IMG/VR virus record: IMGVR_UViG_3300035703_000072
Span: 5,881 to 69,880 of that record
DNA length: 64,000 nt
Source: a virus
Strand: one strand, 5' to 3'
Shown here in pieces: positions 45,898 through 57,013 of the stretch (positions are counted from its first letter, which is position 1; each line of letters begins with the position of its first letter). The notes under the pieces were generated by a model. That model was not told the origin of the DNA. It was given only the letters and a program-made list of their open reading frames with translations, and ran no database searches. A program made the translations under genes and the position numbers.

Positions 45898-46959
45898 TTA
45901 CAACGCTGCTTTTAAAGCGTAAGGGTTCGTCATTTTGAAGTCTAACATGTAGTTAGCTTTGATCCAAAACTCTTCTTTGTCACCGCCGATGTATTCCATC
46001 ACGATATTGGTTAAAGAAGCCTCATCATCAACACCTACTTGTAAGTACTCTTTACGAGTCAACAAGGCAAAGTGAGGTAAGTGGATTGTTGGAGTAGTTC
46101 CGGTAACGAAATCTTTCTTTTTCCAACGGTCGTAGTGTACAACCGGTACCAAGCTCTCTCCATCAACGGAAAGGTTTCCAACACCTCTTTGAGTAAGGTC
46201 AACGTTTGACTGTAAGCCATAACCGTTAGCACGTTTTACCCACTTCTCGTAGTTTTTGAACAATCTGTTTGATGTCATCAACATATCCGGGTCGAAGTCA
46301 TAAACATCTTCTGTCAATGCCTCGTAAGTGTCAAGAGCATAAGTTGCTCCTAAGTCTAACTGAGTTGTCATTGCACCGGTATTTTTGGTCAATGTCACGA
46401 AGTTGTCTGCGAACTCAGGCAAAGTTTTCAAATACGCCAACGTAGGAATCAATCCTTTGTCAATTGTATTATAGAACGGTACCATTGTAGCCTCATCGGT
46501 CAAGATGTTTTGAGCAGCGATATCTTTATCGGCCATCAAAACGATACGTTGTAAGTCCAAAGCCATAGCTTTAGATACCAAGTCTTGAATGAACAATCCA
46601 AGAGCAGTTCCGTCAAGGTCTTTTCTTGAATATCCATTATTCAATCCCCATTGGATGAAAGAAGATTCGAAGTCTGAGTAACAGTACTTGATTTTTACTT
46701 CTTGCAAAGTAGGATTCCAAAATTGTGAGAAAGCTGGGAACTCAGGAGAGATACCGGCACCACCACAACCTGCTGATTTTTTTGTCACATACTCGAAACC
46801 TTTCATAGCAGCGACTTGTTGTCCGCCTTTGATGCCTGGTACGATTTGGAACATGTTTTCTGTTGGCTGATAGAAGGTATCATTCATTACTACTTCACGT
46901 AGGTCTTGAATGTATCTTTTGTCATCTGCCAAGTCTTTGAAATTGTCGATTAATTCCAT
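45898..46959 (-). CDS. Major capsid protein B
   Basis: 353 aa after protease/scaffold gene, followed by terminator; HK97-like size and layout. Confidence 0.75.
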   Translation of the reverse strand: MELIDNFKDLADDKRYIQDLREVVMNDTFYQPTENMFQIVPGIKGGQQVAAMKGFEYVTKKSAGCGGAGISPEFPAFSQFWNPTLQEVKIKYCYSDFESSFIQWGLNNGYSRKDLDGTALGLFIQDLVSKAMALDLQRIVLMADKDIAAQNILTDEATMVPFYNTIDKGLIPTLAYLKTLPEFADNFVTLTKNTGAMTTQLDLGATYALDTYEALTEDVYDFDPDMLMTSNRLFKNYEKWVKRANGYGLQSNVDLTQRGVGNLSVDGESLVPVVHYDRWKKKDFVTGTTPTIHLPHFALLTRKEYLQVGVDDEASLTNIVMEYIGGDKEEFWIKANYMLDFKMTNPYALKAAL

Positions 46960-46988
46960 AACAGTCGTAGATTATTAATTAGTTAGTT

Positions 46989-48224
46989 TTACTTTTTTTC
47001 TCTGAATTCTTTGGCTTTCTCAGGGTCGTAACCTTTGGCTCCGCCTTTACCGCCTTCCGGTTTTTCTCCCGGTGGTACTTCGTAAGAAGATTTGATTGTC
47101 TCAAATTTCTTTTTGGTTTCTGTTTGAAAATTCGCTTGATTCTCAGCTACAATTTTCAATGACTCATCAGTTTCGGCTAATGATTTCTCAATTTTTTTGG
47201 AGAAAGTCGCGAACTGAGAACCCAAACTTTGAATTGACTGCATAACCTCTTGCATGGTAGGTTCTGCTGGTGGGTCAGCCGGTGGAGTTGCTTCGTTGAT
47301 TTCGGTAATTTTACCGTCAACTGTTACAATGCTTCCACCATCAGGGAGTAAATGAGTGTCATCATCAACCGAATTACCGGCATCATCGACAACTTCGTCT
47401 CCCACTTGTGGCTGTTCGGCATCGGTTTTTACAGTTACGATTTTTCCATCAGCTAAAGTGATATCGATATCGAATTTTTTACCGGAATTGTCGCCAAACA
47501 GTTTCTTGAAAAAATTTGTTTTTGACATATTAAAAGTGTTTAAAGATTTACGTTGATTGTAGTTGAAATATCTCTCGAAGAAGTCTTGAATGATATTTGG
47601 ATTTTTGTCGATGGACTCGAATATCTCAGGGTTTTTATCGAGGAAGTCGGTAACGATTACACCAAGGTCATTTGGATTTGAGGAAAAAAGAGCATCGGTC
47701 GCTGCCGGATCGTCAACTAAGTCTGAAGAAACAAAGCTTTTCAATATTAAAGACTCAACCATTTCTTTTTTGCCTTCTTCATTCTCCAACTGAATCATTT
47801 CCCAATCGCACATTACGACAATAGAATTTCCGAACATATCCGGATTTGATGCCGCCATCTTAACGATGTAGTCATACATTGAGATTCCTTTTCCTTCAAC
47901 TTGCACATCTTTCGTGATGGAATCGAGATAAAGGTTTGCATATACCTTTTGGTCTCTTAACTCAAATTCTTTGAATCTACCGATGAAAGTTCCCAAGGAA
48001 GTAGCACACATGTTCGGGTGGCCGAATCGGGATTTGATACCATTTTTGGAAGCGTTACCTTCAGCAACAAGGTCGTTAAGGAATTGCTCACTGAAGTAAG
48101 AATCATTTTTGTTCTTACCAAACTTTGCTATTTCTACGTTTTTTAAGATGCCATTGTCGGCATCAACGTTTACATTTTGCTGTACTGAGAAGTTTGGTAA
48201 AGAATTGAATTGTTTCTTTGACAT
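46989..48224 (-). CDS. Prohead protease/scaffold fusion
   Basis: KSRFGHP, G.SI, DLVDDPAA..LF; C-terminal coiled coil. Confidence 0.75.
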   Translation of the reverse strand: MSKKQFNSLPNFSVQQNVNVDADNGILKNVEIAKFGKNKNDSYFSEQFLNDLVAEGNASKNGIKSRFGHPNMCATSLGTFIGRFKEFELRDQKVYANLYLDSITKDVQVEGKGISMYDYIVKMAASNPDMFGNSIVVMCDWEMIQLENEEGKKEMVESLILKSFVSSDLVDDPAATDALFSSNPNDLGVIVTDFLDKNPEIFESIDKNPNIIQDFFERYFNYNQRKSLNTFNMSKTNFFKKLFGDNSGKKFDIDITLADGKIVTVKTDAEQPQVGDEVVDDAGNSVDDDTHLLPDGGSIVTVDGKITEINEATPPADPPAEPTMQEVMQSIQSLGSQFATFSKKIEKSLAETDESLKIVAENQANFQTETKKKFETIKSSYEVPPGEKPEGGKGGAKGYDPEKAKEFREKK

Positions 48225-48228
48225 CGTA

Positions 48229-48255
48229 GTAATGTATTATATTACAGCAAATGTA
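48229..48255 (-). promoter_or_regulatory. Head-operon promoter with GTAAT-N7-ATTAC box
   Basis: caaatgta 48248-48255; GTAATGTATTATATTAC 48229-48245. Confidence 0.6.
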
Positions 48256-48315
48256 GAATAATGTTCAAAGCGAAGTGGTTACTGAAGATTGACTATCATT
48301 TTGTACCTTTACAAC

Positions 48316-48606
48316 ATGATAATCGTTTACACAGCACTCATTCTCGTTGGTATCGTAGCTTGTTGGCTATGGTACAAAGCTGTGTTCGCTTTCTTCGGAT
48401 GGCTAAACAAAACCATCAACAAAAATAAAATCGCCGAACAAAACAATCCATACATCGCAGCTCACAAAGCCAAAATGCTGAACGATAAAAACTATGAAGA
48501 GTATTTGGATTGGATGGCCAAACACGGCCACGGAGTTCCGGTACCAAAAGCAATGACCAGAGAGGATTGGGAAGCCTCTGAAAAAATCAAGAGATTAACT
48601 TCGTAA
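48316..48606 (+). CDS. Oppositely oriented small membrane protein (moron)
   Basis: MIIVYTALILVGIVACWLW..., only plus-strand gene in the late region. Confidence 0.65.
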   Translation: MIIVYTALILVGIVACWLWYKAVFAFFGWLNKTINKNKIAEQNNPYIAAHKAKMLNDKNYEEYLDWMAKHGHGVPVPKAMTREDWEASEKIKRLTS

Positions 48607-48808
48607 CTATCTTTTTGATGCTCGAAGCCGATAGCTTCTGTTCTTCAGCTATCAATTCGTAACACTCATACACCGCAACACCATCGGAGCGCATCAGCTC
48701 AAACCTTTCCACTATCTTAATGTTTCGTGACCAAGACGGGTCAACCACCCCAAGCTTCTCGAGTTCCTTGATTTCTTTTTCCAAGTGTTTGAGCTTCGTG
48801 TACAACAT
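48587..48808 (-). CDS. Small HTH regulator (Mor-like C-terminus)
   Basis: 73 aa from MLYTK; ELIAEEQKLSASSIKKIV; own promoter and operator at 48813-48837. Confidence 0.6.
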   Translation of the reverse strand: MLYTKLKHLEKEIKELEKLGVVDPSWSRNIKIVERFELMRSDGVAVYECYELIAEEQKLSASSIKKIVTKLIS

Positions 48809-48833
48809 ATTACAAATATAGTAATATAAAATA

Positions 48834-49100
48834 TTACCAACGTCCTTTCGGGCATTGATGTTCTTTGCTCCGAACCGCCGGAGACAAAGGACAACCACAA
48901 CCGCCTTCCTCTTTGGAACAGTACAATCCCTGAATTTCACTCAAGGTAAAATCGGGGAGTAGTGCTGTATGAAGCCCATACTTTGAAGCCGGACACGTCG
49001 CACATATCTCAGCACGACGTTTGGCTTCTTCTTTTGTGGTTTGATCTCCGCCGGTGAAGTAGTTACCCCAACCGTTCAATATGTCTTTTGCATTAGCCAT
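48834..49100 (-). CDS. Cys-rich small protein
   Basis: RAEICATCP..C..CGCP..CPKGRW. Confidence 0.7.
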   Translation of the reverse strand: MANAKDILNGWGNYFTGGDQTTKEEAKRRAEICATCPASKYGLHTALLPDFTLSEIQGLYCSKEEGGCGCPLSPAVRSKEHQCPKGRW

Positions 49101-51912
49101 GACTTGCGCCGTTTACTGTGTCAATGTATTTCTGATTCTCGCTGTGAAAGTAATCCAATCCCAAAGATGGTGGAGGTAACTGTTTGTTAGCTTCAGCAAT
49201 CTTTCCGGCCAACATGTCATAGTCAAATAACATACCACTTGATGAGGTAGAACCTAATGAGCTTGAAATACCAAATGATGTTGGAATACCACCACCGGCA
49301 AACTTCTTACCTCCGCCTAATTGGTTTATCCAACTGAGTAAAGGTCTGAACATCGTTGTTGACTTCTTGTTGATGATAGCCTCTCCACCTTCAGCCTCAA
49401 AGCCTGGTACTCCATTCACAGTGAAAGGTATTCCACCATTGCTATGACTCGGACCTTCAAGAACATCTCCTTTGGCGAACTTCACTCCTGAAACTTTCAT
49501 AACGTTTGCCAATCCAAATGCACCGGCTTTGATAGCAGCAAATTGCGCTCTAACAACTGAAGTAGGGTCACCCGGAATCAATTGTGAAAGATACGCTTTT
49601 TGAATTGCTAAGAACATATCGACTGAAGCCAATGCAGTAGATAGCTGTTTGTTCTCTCCGAAGAAAGCGCTTGTCAACTGACCTATTTCTCCAATGGCTT
49701 GGCGGGCATTATCTATCTGTGCGATTCGTCCATCCCTTTCTAACTTATCTTTAGCACCTTGATACTTCTTATTGATTTTATCAATGTCTGCTCCGGTCTT
49801 TTCTGCTGCTGCTACTTCTTGAAGTCTGTCTTGCTCAAGTCTTCCTAATTGAATAGCTAAGTTATCTTGAAAAACCAAATCCTCATAGGCTCTTTGGTTC
49901 TCCAAATCAATAGCTTGCTTTTCCTTTTCGGCTTCAGCTCTTGCCGTGTTGTTCTCGTCTTGTCTTAATTGGTAATCATCACGGATAGCTTTAATCGCAT
50001 CCTGATATTGAGTTTCAGAAATGATGCCTTGCTCAAATCGGATTCTTTCAAAGTTGAGTTGTTGCTCAAGAATACCATCAAGTCGACGTTGTTCCTCTTG
50101 CAATACAATATCACTGAAGAACTTCTGACTATCAATTTTGCTTTGGTTAGCATCGATGTAAGCCTGAAGCTCACGGTTAGCATTATCAACTACCAACTGA
50201 GCTTGTTTATCAAGGAATTCATTTTTAGCGTTGTTCTGATCTGTCAGTAACTTGAGTTCATCGGCTTTGCTTTTCGCTGAAGCATTGAATTCGGCTTGAG
50301 CGATTTTCAATTTCTTGTCGCGAACTTGTTCGGCCAACTTCACTTCTTCAGCTAAAGTTTTGGCTCTTACTCCTTGCTGAGAAAGGAACAAATCAAGCTC
50401 AGCCTTAGCCAATGCTGAAGCATCGGACAAAGCCTTTTTACGAGCTTCCTCTGCTTTCTTTCTGCGTTCCTCTGCTGCGGCTTCAGCTTTCTCAATCAAT
50501 GCGTTTTGGCGATTAATGATTTTCTCTTGCTGAGCTGTAGACTGGTTGTATATTTCAATCTTAGCCTCTTCAGCTTTGGTAATCAAATCAACTTCTTCCT
50601 GAGTGATTTTACCAAGGTTCAAAAGTTGGTAAGCATACTCAACACCACGCTTTTGAAGTTGAGCAATTTCTTCCTCATTCAAAGCACCTTTCAATCGAGC
50701 TGACTCAACCGCTTGTCGGTATTCCTCATCAGCAAGTGCAGCATTCTTTTTGAACAAATCCTCATTAAGCTTTTCGGCTTTGGCCAACAATGCAATACGC
50801 TCTTGCTCCGACTTGGTTCTGTCTTTTGATTGCAATATCAATCGGGCAATCTCTCCCTCTTGCTTTTTGTTGTTGACTGATTGGATAGCTTGCTGATCTG
50901 CCAAGTCTTGTTGAGCTTCTTTAAGTGCTGCGGCATCCCTGGCAGCGTTCTGCATTTCTTTCCCTAACTCCTTGAGTGAGCCTATCGGGTCGGAGAAGAA
51001 CTTCCCAAGTTTGGTAAATAGATCTCCTACTGATTTCAGATTTGATATGAATGCAACGATGGTTTGTTGAACCACTCTGATAACTGCTCCAAACGCTGCA
51101 AAGCCTTGTTCGATTTTATCAACCAAAGGGTCAAAGGTTCTGAAGTAACCAATAAGCAAAGCGATGGCAATTACTATCAATCCGATTCCGGTTGCTGCTA
51201 CTGCCAAAGCAAAGATTCTCATTGCACCGGTTCCGATGTTGGTAGCTCCAGCCAAACCTTTTTGAGCTTGTGCAGCTCCCTCGGTTGCAGTTGCTGAATT
51301 CCTCATTGATTTCCAATTCTCTGAAATGGCATCAGTAAAAGGAGAGATTACACTCGTTCCGGTTTGGTAAACACGTTGAAGGCCTGAAAGCTCAGCACTG
51401 TAAAAGCCAGTTTCCTGAATAGCTTCCATAACACCTTCTTTGTATCGGCCAATGTTGAGAATGCGCTTATCTTCTTCAGAACCGGTCTTTCTCAAGAAGT
51501 TGGTATTCTCATCGATTTTACGGTTGAGTTTATCCATCAGCTCGGCTTCTTCTTTCACATTGACGTTGAGCTGGTCTTTGATTTTGTTCAACTCGGTTAT
51601 GGCTGACTTAGCTTTTGCCCTGGTGTTGATTTCCTCATTGAGAAGCACGTTTACTTTTTCCGCTACCGGAATAGCTTTTCCGTTGGCCGTAACAAGAGCC
51701 TGAAGTACTTTTTGATTGCTTGTGTACTCGCTGCTTAACTTCTTCAGGGAAGCCTCTAACTTGATAGCAGATTCACTGTTTCCCTCGCCTGACTTTTTGA
51801 GCTTGTCAAGTTCCTCACGTGCTTGGGTAATTTCCTTTTTCAATTCTGCTGACTTGGCTACAACTGCATCTGTACCTAAGTCCAATTCGAATAATTTTAT
51901 TTTATCAGCCAT
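49093..51912 (-). CDS. Tail tape measure protein B
   Basis: 939 aa coiled coil, NIGRY, TM segment, GPSHSNGG..EAEGGE. Confidence 0.88.
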   Translation of the reverse strand: MADKIKLFELDLGTDAVVAKSAELKKEITQAREELDKLKKSGEGNSESAIKLEASLKKLSSEYTSNQKVLQALVTANGKAIPVAEKVNVLLNEEINTRAKAKSAITELNKIKDQLNVNVKEEAELMDKLNRKIDENTNFLRKTGSEEDKRILNIGRYKEGVMEAIQETGFYSAELSGLQRVYQTGTSVISPFTDAISENWKSMRNSATATEGAAQAQKGLAGATNIGTGAMRIFALAVAATGIGLIVIAIALLIGYFRTFDPLVDKIEQGFAAFGAVIRVVQQTIVAFISNLKSVGDLFTKLGKFFSDPIGSLKELGKEMQNAARDAAALKEAQQDLADQQAIQSVNNKKQEGEIARLILQSKDRTKSEQERIALLAKAEKLNEDLFKKNAALADEEYRQAVESARLKGALNEEEIAQLQKRGVEYAYQLLNLGKITQEEVDLITKAEEAKIEIYNQSTAQQEKIINRQNALIEKAEAAAEERRKKAEEARKKALSDASALAKAELDLFLSQQGVRAKTLAEEVKLAEQVRDKKLKIAQAEFNASAKSKADELKLLTDQNNAKNEFLDKQAQLVVDNANRELQAYIDANQSKIDSQKFFSDIVLQEEQRRLDGILEQQLNFERIRFEQGIISETQYQDAIKAIRDDYQLRQDENNTARAEAEKEKQAIDLENQRAYEDLVFQDNLAIQLGRLEQDRLQEVAAAEKTGADIDKINKKYQGAKDKLERDGRIAQIDNARQAIGEIGQLTSAFFGENKQLSTALASVDMFLAIQKAYLSQLIPGDPTSVVRAQFAAIKAGAFGLANVMKVSGVKFAKGDVLEGPSHSNGGIPFTVNGVPGFEAEGGEAIINKKSTTMFRPLLSWINQLGGGKKFAGGGIPTSFGISSSLGSTSSSGMLFDYDMLAGKIAEANKQLPPPSLGLDYFHSENQKYIDTVNGASHG

Positions 51913-52187
51913 TATATTACTGTTAATTTGATGATGTTGCTTAGTATGTTCACTTTGCCGTCAAGACTTAAAATACGGCATTGAATGTTTAGTACTCCGG
52001 TTGAAACCGGTGTAAGTTCAAATCCGTAAATCGGTTTGTCAGTTCCGGCATAACGTAGTTTATAATTGTCACCGTTATAAATCTCGCCTTGCCATATTCT
52101 GATGGTTTCTCCGAGATTGATAGTTTCCTCGACCTTGCCAAGTCCAAAGGATATCATTGGCCGTTTATTTCTGTAATTTAAAATCAT
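51912..52187 (-). CDS. Hypothetical tail-region protein
   Basis: 91 aa beta-rich. Confidence 0.55.
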   Translation of the reverse strand: MILNYRNKRPMISFGLGKVEETINLGETIRIWQGEIYNGDNYKLRYAGTDKPIYGFELTPVSTGVLNIQCRILSLDGKVNILSNIIKLTVI

Positions 52188-54751
52188 AGTGTATATTCTG
52201 CTGAGGTTACTGCCATTATTGAAATCCTAACTTTCGTAATATTCCACGCTGAGAATGTCTGAAGTAAGTCAGTAGGACTTCCCTCTGTCTTGATGAACTC
52301 TCCAACTTGAAACCATGTACCACCAAAACCGCCAAAGCCTTCTATCTTCAACAAGTAGTTAGTTCCTGAAGGAATCCCGGTATGAGCATAAGCCACTTGA
52401 TAAATGAAAGTATTAGGTAAGAAAGCATTCGGATCAGGACCAACAACCGAAACGCTACTTATTGAAAGCGTGGCCGGATAAGTAGGCGCTACATAACAAG
52501 AACCATCCAACACTATTGAAGGAGACAAGCTATTCTCAAAAGTCAAGTATGAACTTCCGGAGATTATTGTAATTCCAAACTTGTAGCCAAGTGCGTTGTA
52601 TGGAAGCATCGATATCGGGAATGATACCACACCACCAACTAAGAATGCAGTTATTGGAGTGGCCATTGGTATCTGAGTAAACACTAATGTTGATGTAACA
52701 GACAGCTCTCCACGATATACGTTTACAATCACTTGTACCGGTTGGTCATAATCAGTCGTTACCGGAAGTGAAACAATACAAGCGCTCACTGTTGGTGTTC
52801 CAATCTCAACTGTGTAATCAGGGTTGGTTGGATTGGCCACATCAGTAGGAGTGAAGTAATCAACCTCAATCAATTCAACTCGTGTCGGTTTTGATTTGGT
52901 GAAGCCGTTAACCTTGTTCAAAAGGAAGTAACCGCCAAGCTGTCTGATGTACTTCAGTTTGCTAAAATCAACATTGGCCACATCGATAGCATTGAGCCAT
53001 AAATCAACCGGAATCAATTTGGCTTTGTTGAATATTGAAGTGATAGGAGCGTACCAATCAAAAAGAATTTCATTGAAGCTCATTCTGAAATAGCTTTCAC
53101 GGTAGTAGGTGTTTACACTCACGGTGCCGCCGAGAATATTACTTCCGAGAATGATGGTTTGATTTTTCTTCTCAGCTCTCAGCAAATAGAATCGGCCGTC
53201 CAAATCCTTATACTCGACCGTTTCGTCGTCTTTGATTTGCTTCTCCCAAATCTTGTAGGTGTTAGAACCTCCGAGAAAAGTGCTTTGCAATCTTTCCGGA
53301 GAATAGAATATTGATGTCAAAAGAGTAGTATCTTCAGGAAGCGTTTCATTATCGATACCGAGATAACCATCATTGTGCTTCATCTCATCATCATTGTACT
53401 TGTATCTGAAGTAATTCCTTTTTGCGTAGTTGCCAAACTTTGGTTTTTCATTGACTTTGGCCACGAACTTATCGCTCCAATCATCAAGATTGGGATTCTG
53501 AAGAAGCTCGTACAACGTTAAGAACTTAATGTGATTGCGGTACTTATCCTTGAAAGGTGTAAGGCCATAACGAACCATGATGTCTTTGACAAAATCGGTA
53601 ACCTTCATATCAATGAAAGCCTGGTCAAATCCAAGAGTAAAACCGGTAATCAAGTTGATAGTGTTTTCTCCTCCGGAAATTGACATGGTAGTTGTTGAGT
53701 AAGGTGTACTTTGTGCTGTTGGAGCTGTGATCAATATTTTATCTCCTACGTTCAAATTCAAATCAATGTAGTTGCCATTGGTTATATCCAATGTAGTTGA
53801 ACTAACAAACTGATTCGTATTCGTGTTGAATACTTGAATTGTAATAACACCGGTTGTATTGTTGCCCGTTACACTGTTGTAAGTAATGGTTTGAGCTTCG
53901 AAGTTTAATCGGAATAAACCTTGAACTAAAGAACCGGTTGAGGCATTATAGTAAGTGTTATCGAAAGCATTCACGTTGGGAAAGAAAGCCACATTTGATA
54001 TTGAGCCATAAAACACGCCACCAATACCATCACCATACGGATACTGAACTTGATTAGTTATAACAGCAGTTTCCTGAGTTGTGATTGGAACAAGGATAGG
54101 CTCTTCCAAGCTAACCGGTTTTGGATAGCTAAGCCAATCGTTCTGAAACTTCTCATGTTGGAAAACAGTTCCCTCAAAAGTCCAACCGATATAATCAAAG
54201 ACTTTTTGCCATAAGTACGGAATGCTCGCCGATGGTACCTGAAAATCAATGTTCACATTAAATCCGGCGGCATTGTTTCCGTTATAGTCGGCCAAGATGT
54301 AACGATAAGGCAGTGACAAGTTGGTCCAGGTCTCAACGATGTTGGCTAAGTTCTTCACGTGATTAAGTTCAGACAATCCAAGCTCTGTCATCTTCCTATT
54401 CTCAATTGAACGGTAGAAGTCAACCACGCCTTCGTAAAAAGTAAATACATAGTCTTTCTCGTTTGAATCAATCAAAACCGCTGTGCCTTGGTAAATGATA
54501 TGCTCTCCGGTATCTGTGTCTATCACATCACAAGAAAGTAGTCTGTATGGCAGCATAGATTGATTACCAACCAACGAAACAGATTCAATGATCCTAACGT
54601 TGTTGGCCGTCTTTTTAATTTTGACTTGAGGCATGAAGTTAGAATTACGAGTTGTCAAGTTCGCAATGTCATTGACTTGCTTCACTTCAGCAAAACTTGT
54701 CTCCGGATAGGTTTCTACCTGGTCGCCATTTAAAAAAACTAAGTAACTCAT
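52184..54751 (-). CDS. Tail tip/baseplate hub protein
   Basis: 855 aa beta-rich, tail cluster. Confidence 0.65.
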   Translation of the reverse strand: MSYLVFLNGDQVETYPETSFAEVKQVNDIANLTTRNSNFMPQVKIKKTANNVRIIESVSLVGNQSMLPYRLLSCDVIDTDTGEHIIYQGTAVLIDSNEKDYVFTFYEGVVDFYRSIENRKMTELGLSELNHVKNLANIVETWTNLSLPYRYILADYNGNNAAGFNVNIDFQVPSASIPYLWQKVFDYIGWTFEGTVFQHEKFQNDWLSYPKPVSLEEPILVPITTQETAVITNQVQYPYGDGIGGVFYGSISNVAFFPNVNAFDNTYYNASTGSLVQGLFRLNFEAQTITYNSVTGNNTTGVITIQVFNTNTNQFVSSTTLDITNGNYIDLNLNVGDKILITAPTAQSTPYSTTTMSISGGENTINLITGFTLGFDQAFIDMKVTDFVKDIMVRYGLTPFKDKYRNHIKFLTLYELLQNPNLDDWSDKFVAKVNEKPKFGNYAKRNYFRYKYNDDEMKHNDGYLGIDNETLPEDTTLLTSIFYSPERLQSTFLGGSNTYKIWEKQIKDDETVEYKDLDGRFYLLRAEKKNQTIILGSNILGGTVSVNTYYRESYFRMSFNEILFDWYAPITSIFNKAKLIPVDLWLNAIDVANVDFSKLKYIRQLGGYFLLNKVNGFTKSKPTRVELIEVDYFTPTDVANPTNPDYTVEIGTPTVSACIVSLPVTTDYDQPVQVIVNVYRGELSVTSTLVFTQIPMATPITAFLVGGVVSFPISMLPYNALGYKFGITIISGSSYLTFENSLSPSIVLDGSCYVAPTYPATLSISSVSVVGPDPNAFLPNTFIYQVAYAHTGIPSGTNYLLKIEGFGGFGGTWFQVGEFIKTEGSPTDLLQTFSAWNITKVRISIMAVTSAEYTL

Positions 54752-55902
54752 AGTTTCAATCCGTTTCTTGTTGGAAGCTCGAATTCAACTTCCATGTTAT
54801 AGATTTCTGTTTTCGGTTTGGTCAGTGGGAAAGAAGTTGATTTGAGCGTTACCTCAATCCAGTCTGAAGGTTCTGATTTGGTATAGCGTTCTCCGGTAAA
54901 CATCAAAATCTTGATGCTCTCGGTAATGCCTTCCAAAACCAACTTTTCTTCAGCATTCAATCTTTCATAAATGCACTTGATTGTATCAGTGGTAGTCTTT
55001 CCGGTTTGTAGTGTTGGCGATACGGTATCTTCAATGTTACTGAAGTCGTTGGCCAACTCTGATTCATATCGGGAGTTTCTATTTCTGAAATGGTCTTTCT
55101 TGAAAAGCCAATAGTTCCATCGGCCGTACTTGTTCAGGAACTTGATGTAAATACCGCAATCTGATTCTTCTTTGTCCAAGTAGATAATCGGGTCCTGAAG
55201 AACATCGTCATTTGATATTCTCAAAACGTTGTTACCGGTCACAAGCGGAAGAAAGTTTTCGATTGTTTCATCTGTTCGTCCATCGCAGAGGTAAAGCGAT
55301 GTGATACGCCCTTTTCCTTCGAATGTATAATGAAGTCCATTGGTAGTATTGGTAAGTGTGAACTCAGCCGTTGGGTAATTAGTGTAGAATGAAATCTCAA
55401 AAGGGTAGCCTTCCCAATACTTCAAATATGTTTTGTTGTTGCTTCGGTCTTTCACCGGAGACAGAACAATGTAATTTGCATCGGCAATCAGTATTTCGTT
55501 CTTCTTCCAAGTCTCAAGGTTTTCGACTCCGGCCAAGAATTTCAAGTTACGTGTAGCTGTAACCGAAACACTTTCCTCAAGGTTTATTTTCAGGATAAGT
55601 GTGTCGTTTAGGTAGTGGCCATTGGTCACATCGTAGGTGAAAGTTGAAGAATCTGCACCATTGAGGTCAGGCACAACCGTTTCCGCAAAGTTGTTCGTGT
55701 TGATAGCCTTTTTGATGTACTCCAATAGGTTGAAGTAGAAGAAGCCGTTTGGAGCCGGATAGATAACGGCATTGATTCCAAGTCCGGTTATTTCACAGTT
55801 AATCGGCGCTTGCAGTTCTGAAGCGTTGAAGATTAGAATATGATTGTTGTAAGCCATCAACAACTTGGTTGTTGAAATGTCTTTTTGGAATACTATAGCC
55901 AT
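54748..55902 (-). CDS. Distal tail-like protein
   Basis: Start taken at MAIVFQ (55902); KFLNKYG.W.YW.F motif. Confidence 0.6.
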   Translation of the reverse strand: MAIVFQKDISTTKLLMAYNNHILIFNASELQAPINCEITGLGINAVIYPAPNGFFYFNLLEYIKKAINTNNFAETVVPDLNGADSSTFTYDVTNGHYLNDTLILKINLEESVSVTATRNLKFLAGVENLETWKKNEILIADANYIVLSPVKDRSNNKTYLKYWEGYPFEISFYTNYPTAEFTLTNTTNGLHYTFEGKGRITSLYLCDGRTDETIENFLPLVTGNNVLRISNDDVLQDPIIYLDKEESDCGIYIKFLNKYGRWNYWLFKKDHFRNRNSRYESELANDFSNIEDTVSPTLQTGKTTTDTIKCIYERLNAEEKLVLEGITESIKILMFTGERYTKSEPSDWIEVTLKSTSFPLTKPKTEIYNMEVEFELPTRNGLKL

Positions 55903-56081
55903 TTGATAAAAGTGATAAGTCCATAAATCATAAAGAACACTACCCAAGTGAATAGGAACTTGAGTACTTGTCTGTGAATGGTGTTGTGTCTATTTTTTTT
56001 GATTCTGCTTTTCATATCAGTTTTTTTGAGGTCTGTATTTTTTGCTCTTTGCTCTTTGCTGTCTGTTTGGTTCTTTTTCCA

Positions 56082-56552
56082 TTATGCTGCCATTAAAATT
56101 GATACTACGTCTGATTGTATTCTCTTGAAATAAATATCTCCGAACTCGTCGAACATCTCCTGAAGGTCATTCGCTAAGAAGTCATTCACAACACTCGAAA
56201 CAACCTCGCCCTGGTTATACTCATTCGGAACTTTGATTCCCTCTTTTGCAATCTTTCGGGCAATCAAGAAAGCAAACTGACTTTTCTTTTCTCTGAACTC
56301 CGCCGGAAGCGAACTCTTTGTGTCAATCCAATCCTCAATGGCTTTTCTCGGTGGGAACTTACCAGGCTCTCTGCCATGCTCCATAAACTGAGAATGAAAC
56401 GCTCCAAGCATTATCATCTTATCGCCATCGACAACCGGCTCCAATTCTTGCTCATAATCTCCGGAAGCTCTCAAACCTAACTCAATGTACTTAGCAATGA
56501 GCTTCAGCCTTAGCCTCTCCAAATACTTGAGATAGATTGCTTCCTTTTCCAT
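56082..56552 (-). CDS. Putative tail completion protein (HK97 gp10-like)
   Basis: ASG, E.GR.PG..PP..I..W, IARKI..EG. Confidence 0.6.
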   Translation of the reverse strand: MEKEAIYLKYLERLRLKLIAKYIELGLRASGDYEQELEPVVDGDKMIMLGAFHSQFMEHGREPGKFPPRKAIEDWIDTKSSLPAEFREKKSQFAFLIARKIAKEGIKVPNEYNQGEVVSSVVNDFLANDLQEMFDEFGDIYFKRIQSDVVSILMAA

Positions 56553-57013
56553 TATGCCGGGATGTTGATTGAAAACTGAACTTTGAGACCGTCAAGATTT
56601 TCGTCGTATATGTTTTCTACTTCAATCATCTTCCATCGTGTCACCTGATAGTTGTCACAGTCGGTTATCATATTCACAAACTGCATGGCCAACTCTTTCA
56701 ACTTCTTGATGTGGGTATCATACTTGTACTCATAGCTTGGGTCGCTTAGTTTTGATGATGCCAATATCAACAGCTCTCCATCGCATTTGATTGATTCAGC
56801 AGCACTGAATGAATTGAAGCGAGGGTCATCATCAACCCATAGCAATTTGAAGTACTTGTTTCTTTCCTCAAACGGTTTATTTTCATCCTTAGAATGATCT
56901 GCCAAGTTCTGCCAATGGTCTTTACCATAAGCATAATGAAACAATGGTTCTGCCGGTGCCGGAGGATTCAGCTCGTTAACGAGGTTTTGAATTTTTTCTT
57001 GCAATGATGCCAT
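56552..57013 (-). CDS. Putative tail terminator
   Basis: 153 aa; positional. Confidence 0.4.
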   Translation of the reverse strand: MASLQEKIQNLVNELNPPAPAEPLFHYAYGKDHWQNLADHSKDENKPFEERNKYFKLLWVDDDPRFNSFSAAESIKCDGELLILASSKLSDPSYEYKYDTHIKKLKELAMQFVNMITDCDNYQVTRWKMIEVENIYDENLDGLKVQFSINIPA

